The notes beneath the pieces were generated by a model. The model was not told where the DNA came from. It saw only the letters and a list, made by a program, of their open reading frames with translations, and did not search any database. Both the position numbers and the translations under genes were made by a program. This document shows, piece after piece, positions 48,942 to 59,712 of a stretch of 64,000 nucleotides of DNA (within the stretch, counting starts at the first letter, position 1; every line of letters starts with the position of its first letter). The DNA is taken from assembly GCA_965645245.1 (NCBI GenBank), contig OZ287086.1, forward strand, positions 434,001-498,000. Reading direction: 5' to 3'. The stretch comes from Massalongia carnosa. Its lineage: Eukaryota.

Positions 48942-50530
48942 TCTTTTTCCGAGTCCTCGGACTCGGATGAGTCTTCTCGAATGGCGACTCTACTGAGATT
49001 CACTGCTTGCCTAATGCAACAGGGGTCTCGGCCCCTATGCCCTGATCCTCTGCACGACCAACATCGGCCCTGTCGTGACAGAGTCTCTCGTTCCCCGTCC
49101 TCCAACTTGGGCGGGTGAAGCGTCCCCTCGTACCAAGCTCCTACCCATCCTTCCGGTTTGGTCGAGACCTGTCCGAATTTCGAGTTCGGGTTGGCGGAGA
49201 TGGCGGAGTTGGTCGTAGTCGCTTTTGGTTTGACTGTGATCGAGGTACTGGAGGTGGCGGTCGTGGTTTTGTTTAAACCACGACCGACGGAAGAAGAAGG
49301 AGAAGTCGTCGTTTTCGCGGGCTTCTGAGATTCCGACTTCGCGTACTTCTGATTCATCTCCTTTCTTCCCTGTTCGATTTTCCTGGCTTCATGCAAGAGG
49401 GTTTCTAGACTGATGAAGTCCCGTCCCAATAGAGACAGCGCGATGTTCGGCCGCAGGGTGTCCTTGAACGTCTCAATTCTCTCATCCGCGGGGGTTTTTG
49501 CACGTTGCCAGAGTTTGAACATTCGATGATAGTATTCAGTCACAGTTTCATCTTTGTTCATGCTTATTTCTTTCAATTCCTTCTTCGCGTCCTTTGTCAA
49601 ATATGCTATCCCGAGATAGCTCTCAATTTCCTTGAAGAACGTATTCAAAGAGAGAGTGGGACCGGCATCCACTACCCAGGTGTGTATGGCGTCGAAAATG
49701 GGATCCTTCATCTGCGATAAGGCGTAGTCGATTTTCAACTCCTCACTAGTGTACATTGGGGAGTCGGTTCTGATTTTTCTTTCCACCGTAAACGCCCATG
49801 CACTATAGGCGTCTGAGTTGGAACCGTCGAGGGCCTCCTTCGGGTTGGTGCCTTTGGGTCGATAATTGCTTAAGGGGGCAGCGACGGCGGATTGATCTTC
49901 AGTTTGACCAGTCGATGAGGTCGACGTCTGAGTAGCTTCGCGAGCTAGACGTTTCATCTCTGATATTTCACGAATGAGGTCCGAGTTTTCCGCTTTGACC
50001 TTCTGAGTCTCCAATTTTTCAGCCGCGATATCCTCCTCAAATACTAGTCTCTCGTGATCCCAGCTCTTTATCATTCGGGTTCATTCTGCCTGTAGACCTT
50101 TTAGATCTTTGTTTCTTTTTTTCAAGTCCTGATATTTCTCGATCAAGACCTCATGTTGTAGGAGCGTGCCGGCTAGAACAGTGTACCATATGTCGCCGTC
50201 TCCCTTTAGGACGAGGGCCCTTCTCAACTCTTCTCGATTGGCCACCTTGATGATCATAGCTGATTTCGACGGATTGCTTTCCGTCAGACTTCGATAAATG
50301 GCATAATTGCTTATGTCGATTTTCGGTTCTGAGGTCGGGGCCTCGATCTTCGGTTCCCTGCCTTTGTCTTTGTTTGTCGGCAAAACAGTGTCATTTCCCA
50401 CCTCTTCGTCGGCGGGTTCATATTCGCCTGGTATGCTCTGTGTCGATTGTCGCGACATGGAGCGAGCTCTAGTGTTGAAGGCCGGCCCCGAGGGAGCGAC
50501 ATCTCTGCTGGATGATTCTAATGAGTTCAT
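48938..50530 (-). CDS. gag: Gypsy Gag with zinc knuckle; interrupted by TGA at 50081-50083
   Basis: ORFs 50081-50530 and 48938-50074 are in frame; ETVTEYYHRM and CWSCRGSGHRGRDPCC. Confidence 0.85.
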
Positions 50531-50563
50531 GTTTTCTGATTAGCCTAATGATTCTGATTGTAG

Positions 50564-50574
50564 GTCTGAAGATT
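50564..50574 (-). promoter_or_regulatory. Self-priming primer-binding site of the Gypsy element
   Basis: Element-sense AATCTTCAGAC just after the 5' LTR is exactly complementary to GTCTGAAGATT inside the LTR (50624-50634), ~32 nt downstream of a TATA box (50666-50672). Confidence 0.8.
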
Positions 50575-50753
50575 GTGTGAGGGATAAAACGAGTTCAATT
50601 TCAATAGCCTAGTTCTACACCAAAATCTTCAGACGAAGTCTAAAAGCTTTACTCGGGCGGAGTTCTATATAACCCCTGAAAAGTCGGTTCCTCGGCACAT
50701 TACCTAATCGATACTAGTCTGATGTCAGGTGACCTCAGGACCCTGACAGTGCC

Positions 50754-51128
50754 TCACATTGAAGAAGGGTAGTCGTGCGTGCTAATGGAAGGTGGTGGTA
50801 CGTGATGATAGATGGCGAACTGAGCAGTGAATACACACACACACAAACGTCTGAATAGACCTACGACTGCATAGACATGAAAAGAACTCGACGACTGAAC
50901 GACTGAACGACTAGTTGATGCACGAAATGAACGTGTGTCGATGACTACGTGACGCGACGATGATGATGACAGCGTAGGTGATAGAAGATGATGTCCGGAG
51001 ATGGCGTAGGTGATAGAAGATGATGTCCGGAGATGATGAAGAAAACGCCAGCAAAAAACCCGTTTTATCCCCACACAGGCCTGCCATGTCACCTGACCAT
51101 AGATGACACATGTCGCCCCACCACAACA
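50754..51128 (-). mobile_element. LTR-like element (TGTTG..ACA) split by the Gypsy insertion; its remainder is at 44683-44698
   Basis: Interrupts the Fot1 transposase after VTVR. Contains a ~32-bp tandem duplication (~50972-51034). No TSD found. Confidence 0.55.
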
Positions 51129-51880
51129 TCTCGAACGGTAACGATTCCTTCCTTCCGAACAACGGTGCCAGCAAGCTTTATTTGGGCCCTTTTAGCTATT
51201 GCAGCTATATGTGTAGCTTGCAAGTCGCGTTGTGTCAATTCTAGTAAATTAGCGTTTGCAACCGACCCTTTGATAAAACGTCGCATTCTTTCTGGAGTAA
51301 TTTCTTCATTATCATTCATTCGCTGAATAATGTTTTCCCCTTCCTTAGCAACGTCTTTGGGCTTTTTGGGGGTATGAGGTAGGATTATTGTCTTCGAAGA
51401 TGATATTGGTAGTGTAGGTATTGCTGGATTTAAAGCACGAATTTTAGTCAAGACTACCTCCGGATTGTAAGGTATCAACCCAGTTATTTCCTAGGCTGAT
51501 TTGATAGTAAATGATTTGAATGCCTTTGTACGAAATTGATTGAATACGGCCAGAAAATCCAGACGATTGAAGTCAACGTCACCCAACCGAATAACGTTGT
51601 TAACCGCTTCAGCATGATAATATTTCATTGCTGATAAACACCAACGTCTAATGGCTGCGTCAAATTGGTCGAATGGGGGGGTAATCTGAATAAATAGATC
51701 TTATTTTCTATCGAATATTCCCAAAATTCATACGTTAGATAAGATTTATATCTATCCAACAAAAGAAGCCTAAACGCTCCTTTTTGAACATTTTTTTTGA
51801 ATGAGCATTAAAATGCTTTAACCACTCTAATGCTAGACAATCATTCGAATAGCCGCTATCGCTTGTAGACAACACGATAT

Positions 51881-52051
51881 TGTAACGGTTCGACCAAGCG
51901 TGGTGCGGACGGCAGGACCTACAGCGAACATAGCAGGAGTCCCAGTTATAGTAGAATAGAGCTTGGTCTGCGGACTAAGTATTGTGCCTTTTGGTCGGGA
52001 AGGACAGGTGGCACAATGAATGAAATCTATTCACTATCTCGCTTCGTCACA
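51881..52051. mobile_element. Solo LTR (171 bp) in the Fot1 transposase; same family as 53838-54008
   Basis: TGTAACGG..CGTCACA with TSD GATAT. Confidence 0.9.
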
Positions 52052-52225
52052 GATATCATCTTTCAAATCAATCTCTAAGGCCCATTTGTGAAGTATGTTG
52101 ACCCCTTTCAAAATTAAAAAGCATAGAATGCTTCCGTCAACTCTATTGATGCATTCGACCGAAGTTATATAGTCTCGATTGTCTAGATCAGCGATCATAA
52201 TTCGTTTATGTAATGATAGTGTCAC

Positions 52226-52524
52226 TGTCAGGACAGCTTCCTACAAGACATGAAGCGGTCGCACCCTTCTGCAGGGGGTACGCGGGAAGACACCCATGCG
52301 ATAGTCTCAACCGGTCCAATCATGTAATAGTAATTAGTTTGACGAACGTGGCCTGATCAAGGTGGGGCTATAGGATAAAGAGCCCTTCGCCCACCTCTTT
52401 CGGAGGGCCACTGATCAATCTATTGATTACACTCCACCTACTGCTATTCCATAGCGACTCCTATTCTATTGTCCTACCACTACTGTAGAGCCATATAGTC
52501 ACACTGTTCGTACTTCGCCTCATA
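52226..52524. mobile_element. Solo LTR (299 bp) in the Fot1 transposase
   Basis: TGTCAGGA..CCTCATA with TSD GTCAC; removing it restores YLVVTLSLHKRIMIAD. Confidence 0.85.
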
Positions 52525-53399
52525 GTCACCACCAAATAGGTTACCCCACAGCCAACTCGAAAGCCTGTCTCATCCACATTCCATTTATCATCTGGAGTTA
52601 TACCAAGAAGGGCGACAGTCGATTGAAATGAAGAGAAATAAGTTTGAATATCCGTAAAATTGTGAGCGTTTTTCCTTTCGGCTGCTAACGGCTTGCCTTT
52701 TTGCTTGAAAAATTGGGGATTTCTTTTCAAGAATCGTCCGGTCCAGCATTTTCCTACGCAGGTGAGAGAAGATGAAGACGAGGAAGGATGTTGCAAATTG
52801 CAACAAATAATTAGCTGCACCGCGAATCAATGGCAATCTCATTGATAATTCAATATCATCAAGAAATTTAATATACTCCTTCAGGGCTAGTTCTTGTGCA
52901 GCAGACAGCCTCATATTGACTGCTTTTCGCTTGCTATATCCATGTAGTCTTCTTTGAAATAGACGAGGTAAAATGTCGAATTCTTTGGCACAGGCTGCGG
53001 CTGATTTATATATGTTCTTCGCATATGCATCTAAGGCCTTTGCAATGTTAGCCTCTCGTTTCTTGCACGAATCAGATATGATATAGTTGAATAATAAATG
53101 GTTGATGATAGATGATAGAAATTTTTAAAAATGCGTCATGGAGATGATAGCGTCATGGAGGTAAGCCGCACCTGGAGCGTAGCTCCGGGTGCGGTCCATC
53201 GGATTTACCTCGGTCGCACGGTTAGTGAGTTACATTATTAGGCTTAGTATAGTTAGAGATTAGATAAGATTGGCTATGATAATCTTATCACCTTGCTTAG
53301 CGGAGGGTGACCAGTTATGGGACAAAGACTGCTGAACAGCACTCTTCATCCTTAACATCATGGTCATACATACCATTTTTATCATAGCCATATAGCCAT

Positions 53400-54022
53400 A
53401 GTCATATACCTATTTCAACAAAAGATGAATCAAATCCGGCATGATCGTGAGAGACAATGCTTTATATCTGCATCTTCAACGATCCCGTTACTACTATTGT
53501 AAGATCAGGATCAATATTTGCATACCCCACAGAATTCTAACCCGCCATGTTTATTATCTAAATTGCCGTTAAACAATTATCACTCAAACATAGTCCATAT
53601 TACAGAATTACCTCTTTTCATTATCCCTCGTCTTATCAGTGGTCCTCAGCGAGCCTCAGCAAGCCTCTGATCTGATTATGGATCAACTACGAGCTTTGAA
53701 TAGAAATCAGCAACGCAGCTTCGTCTTCCTCTGCAACAGCTTTAAAGAGCTCTTCTCGATTTTCAAGATCAACGTCATGCCACTAGGTAGTAAAGCGAGC
53801 AGCGGTGGGATATTCCCGAATTTTTCTCGGCTCAATATGTAACGGTTCGACCAAGCGTGGTGCGGACGGCAGGACCTACAGCGAACATAGCAGGAGTCCC
53901 AGTCATAGTAGAATAGAGCTTGGTCTGCGGACTAAGTATTGTGCCTTTTGGTCGGGAAGGACAGGTGGCGCAATGGTAGAAATCTATTCACTATCTCGCT
54001 TCGTCACACAATATAGCTGTTG
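53400..54022 (+). pseudogene. SET-domain gene remnant interrupted by a solo LTR
   Basis: IFKINVMPLGSKASSGGIFPNFSRLN[LTR]..SC corresponds to the SET-domain RxNHSC motif. Confidence 0.55.
53838..54008. mobile_element. Solo LTR (171 bp)
   Basis: Near-identical to 51881-52051; TSD CAATA. Confidence 0.9.
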
Positions 54023-54189
54023 CTCTACTTTTGATGCAATAAGCTTGAACTTGAACAAGGTTTCGCCGTAAAATAGAAGATGATATCATTATTAGGGGTT
54101 TTCACGGCTGAGTTTTTTTGGCCAGGTTTTCAGGTTTCAGGGTTTCAGGTTTTTTATGTAAGCACATTAAACCTATTTAGGTATAAATT

Positions 54190-54295
54190 CTCAGCCCTAC
54201 TTTTCGAAAATTAAAACCTGAAAACCTGAAATTCCGGACTCATGAGAAGGGAATTTCAGGTTTTCAGGTTTTAATTTTCGAAAAGTAGGGCTGAG
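54190..54295. repeat. Perfect 46-bp inverted repeat with a 14-nt loop
   Basis: Arms 54190-54235 and 54250-54295: ctcagccctacttttcgaaaattaaaacctgaaaacctgaaattcc. Confidence 0.95.
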
Positions 54296-54376
54296 TCACG
54301 TTATTTAGGTTATCTTAGCTGGTTTATTTTAACTCAATAATCATCATCTCATCTTGATCATTCCTTATCATTAAAC

Positions 54377-55423
54377 ATGACGTCCATAACTCTTCCAACT
54401 CGATCTCGAGGTCCCAATATCCGTTGGAAAGATGAAGACACTCAACTAGTCATTCAATGGCTTTGTATCAGAGACGATCAGGGTATTTCCGTCAATCTCA
54501 ATCTCTATCAAAAAGGAAACAAGGTAGAAGCTTGTAGAAGAATGCTGTTGGAGTCTGGACTGAGTGCTCAACGACCCGATGTATCCAAGGAAAAAGCCAG
54601 AGATAAAGTCGCACAAATGATTAAATCTTTCAAAGAAACCAGGGCCCTCGCGGATCAGACGGGATGGGGGGTAGATCCAACAAAACATGAGGTAGTGGCG
54701 GAAAACACGCGGGAATAACCATCAAGGAGGTCTTGATTAAAAAATGCCCTTTCTACTAGAATACGAGTTGGAAGAGATTATGGGAGATCTTCCCACTATC
54801 ACTCCACCCTACATAATGGAGTCCGAAAGACCTGGTACCGCTGAAGGAAAAGAAGATGCGGAAGATACGGAAGTTGAAAACATCGATGAGGAGGACTATG
54901 AAAAACGGGCTCGAGACGATGATAGCGACATGAATAGGCAGTTATCTGATGCTGGTCATTGGCTAGAAGATGATATCTCAAAATCAAAGACTGATTTGGT
55001 TAAACGTGCCAAAGAAAAGTATGCACTCAGGAATAAAAAAGTCACACCTGACTCTGGTACTGAATAAATTACACCTATACCTGGTCGTGGTTATCGTAAA
55101 CGACCTTTGGAGATAGATTCGGACAGTGATGACACGCGATCAAAAGTCATTACCAAACGAGGATTCAGACGGAAAAATTCCGGTCCGTGGCAGACGCCTT
55201 GGTTGAGGTGCAGATCATAAAGTCCAATGACTTCAGTAAACACTTAGAATTCGAACAAATTCAACTTTAAAAGCGGTTTGATGCTGAAACCAGTCAAAGA
55301 GATCAACATCATGAAGAGATTTGTCTCAAACAGGAAGAAATGATTGCCATAAGTAGAATGCAACACGAGGAAAAGATGATGAGGCTACAAATTGAGTTGG
55401 AGAAGACTCAAAAGAAGTGGTAA
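54377..55423 (+). pseudogene. Harbinger Myb/SANT-like DNA-binding accessory gene
   Basis: RWKDEDTQLVIQWL..ARDKVAQMIKSFKE..QTGWGV..KCPFY..LEEIMGD; stops and frameshifts. Confidence 0.7.
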
Positions 55424-55769
55424 GTTGATTTAAACTTCGATTTTGAACTAGCTAACCTTTTTTTAAAGATGCCTACTTCTTAATCAGGAAGGAAGATAAA
55501 GAATGATAAGAAAGGGGAGAGGAGGTAAATGGAAAAGGATGACGGAGGGGGTAAATAAGAAAGGGTGGGATAATAAGAAATGAATTACTATCAACACCCC
55601 CCTTTTAATACCAGTACCCCCCTCTTTATACCAGTAAACCTCCCTCTTGATACCAGTATTCCTCTCTTTATATCAGAACCCCCATTTTCTCAAACAAGCT
55701 ACATGCCCCCTTTCAAAGGATTTAGCGGTGTCAGGGCCCAACCTGAGAAATGAAGCTAATGAGGTAAGT

Positions 55770-56210
55770 TGTCATGAAATAAAGTTTGAGTTAAAACCTA
55801 ATTGATTACCCCGAACCGCCAAGCGGCGATCGAGGTAAAAGCCAGCTGAAAGCCTATTCAGATTCATCCTCGGTATGAGTCTGAATAAACCCCTTACTCT
55901 ACTCCACTAATCTCCTCACTCCACTATACCCTCTTATCGCTAGAACGATTACATCCACTGGCCCACTTATCGCTCCACCTTATCGCCGCCACCATCACCA
56001 AAATCTCTCATCTAGGGTAAAGGTAAAACATGAGAAATAAGGGGCCGGCTCAGGTATAAAAAGAGGACATATCCAGTAGATAGTTGACTCCTCGTCCGAC
56101 GTCTTTTATAGCAAACCACCTCCTAGCTATAGCCTCATTAATAAAGACATCTTGATCATCCAATCCAATTCCTAGGAATATTAGTTCAATTCCCAACCCA
56201 GTCCTTGACA
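55770..56210 (+). mobile_element. Solo LTR (441 bp) inside the Harbinger element
   Basis: TGTCATGAAAT..CCTTGACA with TSD TAAGT; the 3' ~130 bp closely match 44189-44321. Confidence 0.85.
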
Positions 56211-56564
56211 TAAGTTCAATGAACCTCAGGTAAGTTCAAGGACAGGACAGAATCAGGATTCAACTTTAAAATGGGCAACTACGGATAGGACTGAGACTCC
56301 TAAAGCTAATAGGGCTAGAACTCGGTCACGGGGAAAGGGGATAAATAGCCTCCCACCCACGAAGCTTCGAAACTTCGTCTAGAAATTTTGTAGGAAAACC
56401 TAGTCAATAGAAATTCTCAGAACCAGCCCCAACAGGAGAGGAGGGGGGGAGCGACCAATTAAGACTAGGAAAGCAGACGACATCAAATCAAATGAATGCT
56501 AGTCTTTCAAATGGAAGAAATGACATGACAACTAGGGTTGTATGAGATCAATCACTAGTCATCT

Positions 56565-57839
56565 TAACTGCCGATGACCAATCGTTTAACCTGATCTCTT
56601 GTGATCAGACCTTCAGTCATTTGACTGATGATTAACTGTTTCAATTCTTCGTCATGTGTCTCTTCTTCTTCTGTCTACCATCCTTATTCTTCATTCTATT
56701 CATCTCGAATCTCTTGAAGAATGTTATGAAGCACCACACATGCAGTTATCCATTTGATGACGTAGGTATAGCTTTTCTTGTTCCTGACTCGAATTCTCAG
56801 CCCGGTCAGACTTTTCCATCTTCCTTTCAGAATTCCAAATGCATGTTCTATGTCTATACGAATTCGCGACAGTCTTTTGTTGAATCGACGAATATCCGGA
56901 TCTCTAGTATGCGGTGCCTCGTATGGAGCCACCAGATACGTGGAATTCGTATAGGCACTGTCACCCAAAAGATATTGACCGGGAGAGAAATAAAAGGCGG
57001 GATTCCAGCACAAATCACCTGCGGCGAATATACGCTGATCATGCTGAGAGTTTGGCCATCCACTGAGAAAGTAAATAAACCTTTTATTCGAGTCACATAC
57101 GGCACACAAATCCATCGCGTATCTCTTTTTTCTGTTGAAGAATAGCTCGCCTTCGTATTTACCACCTGGTTTTGTATGTAGAACAACGTCGGTACCATCC
57201 ACCTTGCCAACGACCCCGATAAATCCATCTTGTCTCTGATTATTGGTCAAACTTTCTCTTATCCTAGCTCTTTCACTGGGCCATTGAACGAAGTCATTCT
57301 TTAGCCGACACAGTGCTTCTATCACCCGTTTGGTGCAGTTAAAAACATGCCCTTCTGATATCCCCCACATGGTAGCTGTAGGAAGGAATCCACTGGCACT
57401 ACCGTCATTTCCCATTCTAAAAAGAGCGTAATTTAGCTGATGTTCCACGGAGGCTTGAGGGACACGAGATTTATTGAAAAAGACGGGATCATTTCGAATT
57501 AAGCCGAGAACATGATCAAAAGTAAAGCGATTCATGCGTAGCAGACTTCGGAATCGATCATCCGAAAGGTTGGGAAGGACAGCTGACGCCCAATTGGATT
57601 TGGGAACGAATAATCGGGGAGTTAAATAACGCTCTTCTTGAATTCCTTCTGCTAGAAGTAGGAAATTGAATGCTCATCCGATTCATCCGATGATAATGCA
57701 GTAGCATCATGTAGAAAGTAAAGACAATGCAAATCTCTTTCCAGCTGCACTTTGCAGCTGACACGAGGCATAACTATTTAAAATGACAAGAATGTCCCCT
57801 CGATCGAAGATGAGAAGTTAGAAAATAGGTTGGTAACAT
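56565..57839 (-). pseudogene. Harbinger (DDE_Tnp_4/HARBI1-like) transposase
   Basis: GKVDGT, GWPNSQHD, YLLGDSAY, IEHAFGILKGRW, ACVVLHN; W->stop codons near 56696 and a decayed 5' end. Confidence 0.88.
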
Positions 57840-58095
57840 CTGATTGAATGACTAAGCATTAGAATTAAAATTTTCTAATAATTTCGGGGCATTCATGCCT
57901 AAACGCCAAACCCTGATAACCTGAAAAATAAAACCCTGAAAACCTGAAATTTGAAAATCAACCGTGAAAACCCCTATTGTTATTGAAATTGCTAATTTAA
58001 GTCATTATCGATCTCGCAATGATTCAATTTCTTCGTGGACTTTCACTTTTATCTTGACTTTTCACTTCGCTTCTTCGTAATCCTTCAAGACCTTC

Positions 58096-59260
58096 TCAAG
58101 CCTGAGACCGTAAGTTATCAACATCATCCCGCCGCCTTAGTTTTGATTGAGTAGTAAGGCTTTGACATTCCGAGCGTACTGATCGATGAAATGATTTCTT
58201 GTTTGCACCCCAGTCCATGACTGATCGAGATTCGGATGTGCTCAGCTTCGTCTTGCATGTATTTCGAGCTATGCGCTTGCTCCGACGGAGAGGAGCTTCG
58301 GCATCCGCAACAGACACCGTGACTGCTTCAATAATTTGCTCTCGACCGCTCCCACCACAGGTGGCATTTGACTGCTGATGGAGTCGATGAGAGCTGCCAG
58401 GCCGAGGGACCGTGATTTGTTGCGGGCAGAGAATCTCGACATGCATCGCACCTTGAATCTTGCGCTCTTGACTACCTTTCAACCTGGCTGCACCCCTTCA
58501 ACCTTTGTTGAATGACCAAGTAACAACGATTTCTCGCTCTGAGAATAGGCGGTAAACTCCGGATGAATTATCCGAAGCTGTTGATTTATCCATTCTAACT
58601 GGAATTCTTCGGCATGAAGCTGCTTTCGCACTCGTTCGGGATTGTCTTGCGTACTCTTGACATCAGACTCACAGATCTCTTTGTACCTCTTGGACTCGAG
58701 ATAGGTATTATCATTATCTATTTCAAGTTCCTTCCGAGCCTTATATAATCGTTTCAGTAGAAATCGTATCTCTTCGTTATATGTCTTAAACTGAAGGTAG
58801 GCCATTCCGCCATTCATTTCCTTCAATTTTCCTCGTGACAGTCCCAGTTCTAGTTCTCTCTGACAGTGATCAACTGACAGTTTTTCCCTGTTGATCTTCT
58901 CTTGTTGAAAGACCTCCAGCGTTTTCTCTGAATCTTGCTGTCCCCATGCCAACTCGCACTCCTACGTGTCTACTCGATCCTTAGCCATGCTGACTCACCA
59001 ACGCTGATAGGCCTGGAATTCTTTCCAATCACTAAGCCTTGATGAGCTTCCTGGGCATCTTATTGCTCCCGTGTTGTGTCCTACATGCTGTTCCCTTGCC
59101 GGCTTTCACAACGCTTCCGCTGCCAGTGTTGAAACCTTTCCCATGCATCTAGCTCTCGCTCGAATTGAAGATATACGTCGTCTCAATGATGCAACATTAG
59201 ACAAAGCCCATCGGTGAGTTCGGGATTAAAGGCGCTAGGAACGGCACCATTAAGAACTTC
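58096..59260 (-). pseudogene. Decayed fungal hypothetical coiled-coil gene
   Basis: YLQFKTY..LKRLYKARKELE..LEWINQQLRII..PLRRSKRIAR; frameshifts and stops. Confidence 0.45.
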
Positions 59261-59280
59261 TGATATCTATAATATCCCTT

Positions 59281-59338
59281 GGGCGCGGTTAGGGCTGTAG
59301 CCTTCTCGTCGAACGGCTAGTTGATAGCGTCTGCTCTA
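59281..59338 (+). pseudogene. Single HET-E-type WD40 repeat remnant
   Basis: GAVRAVAFSSNG*LIASAL. Confidence 0.5.
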
Positions 59339-59404
59339 AGCCTGAATAAGCTTTTATGATAACTGCATGAGACTAGACTGAGGATTGAAAAAGCTACAGA
59401 CATT

Positions 59405-59712
59405 TTTATTTACACTACGGCCTTCCTTCGGGCTTAAACTTGGGCGATAGACCATCCTGCAATTGCGGAGCGCCACGGATTGGAACATAGATAACGCTAG
59501 ACGATCGCGCCCTGACGGCAGACCACAAATGTGAGCAAAGAAGATTCGGTGGTGATCCTCCAAGCAAGTCTCGTAAGCGGTCTGAGAGATGAATTTTCTT
59601 GGCTGAGTCTTCCGGCACTGTTTGATCTCGTCAAAGGTGAATTGACGTCACCGTTTATACAAGTCTCGTTGACGGGCTTGTCGAAAGAGATAAAGAGTCT
59701 CATCCCCACGAA
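59405..59712 (-). pseudogene. Probable internal fragment of a DUF3435 tyrosine-recombinase (Starship captain) gene
   Basis: RQARQRDLYKR*RQFTFDEIKQCRKTQPRK..HHRIFFAHICGLPSGRDRLALSMFQSVALR..NCRMVYRPSLSPKEGR resembles the 'MPERDRLA..LF..LRS..V.YRP.L.P' block after DUF3435. Confidence 0.55.

Larger units (their letters stand above)
44699..50748 (-). mobile_element. Full-length Ty3/Gypsy chromovirus LTR retrotransposon
   Basis: 173-bp LTRs at 44699-44871 and 50576-50748 (2 differences), TSD GTGCC, PPT at 44872-44884, gag and pol with a chromodomain. Confidence 0.97.
44373..53222 (-). mobile_element. Fot1/pogo (Tc1-mariner) DNA transposon, inactivated, host to nested insertions
   Basis: 94-bp TIRs (44373-44466, 53129-53222; 2 mismatches) and a TA TSD. 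Transposase remnants on the minus strand from ~53079: HTH region, KWNVDETGFRVG, NRDYITSVECI, SGYSND, RLLLLD, QPLDVGV. Confidence 0.9.
54094..57975. mobile_element. PIF/Harbinger DNA transposon, complete but decayed
   Basis: 18-bp TIRs AGGGGTTTTCACGG(C/T)TGA, 3-bp TSD ATT, subterminal AAACCTGA arrays, two convergent genes. Confidence 0.9.

Noticed and set aside
51061..51075. Near-inverted copy of the Gypsy LTR terminus (cgttttatccccaca)
   Set aside because: Only ~15 bp with an indel; may be chance or a TATA-like motif of the host LTR.
55729..56530. Outer LTR starting TGTCAGGG around the 55770 solo LTR
   Set aside because: No matching end with a TSD could be identified.
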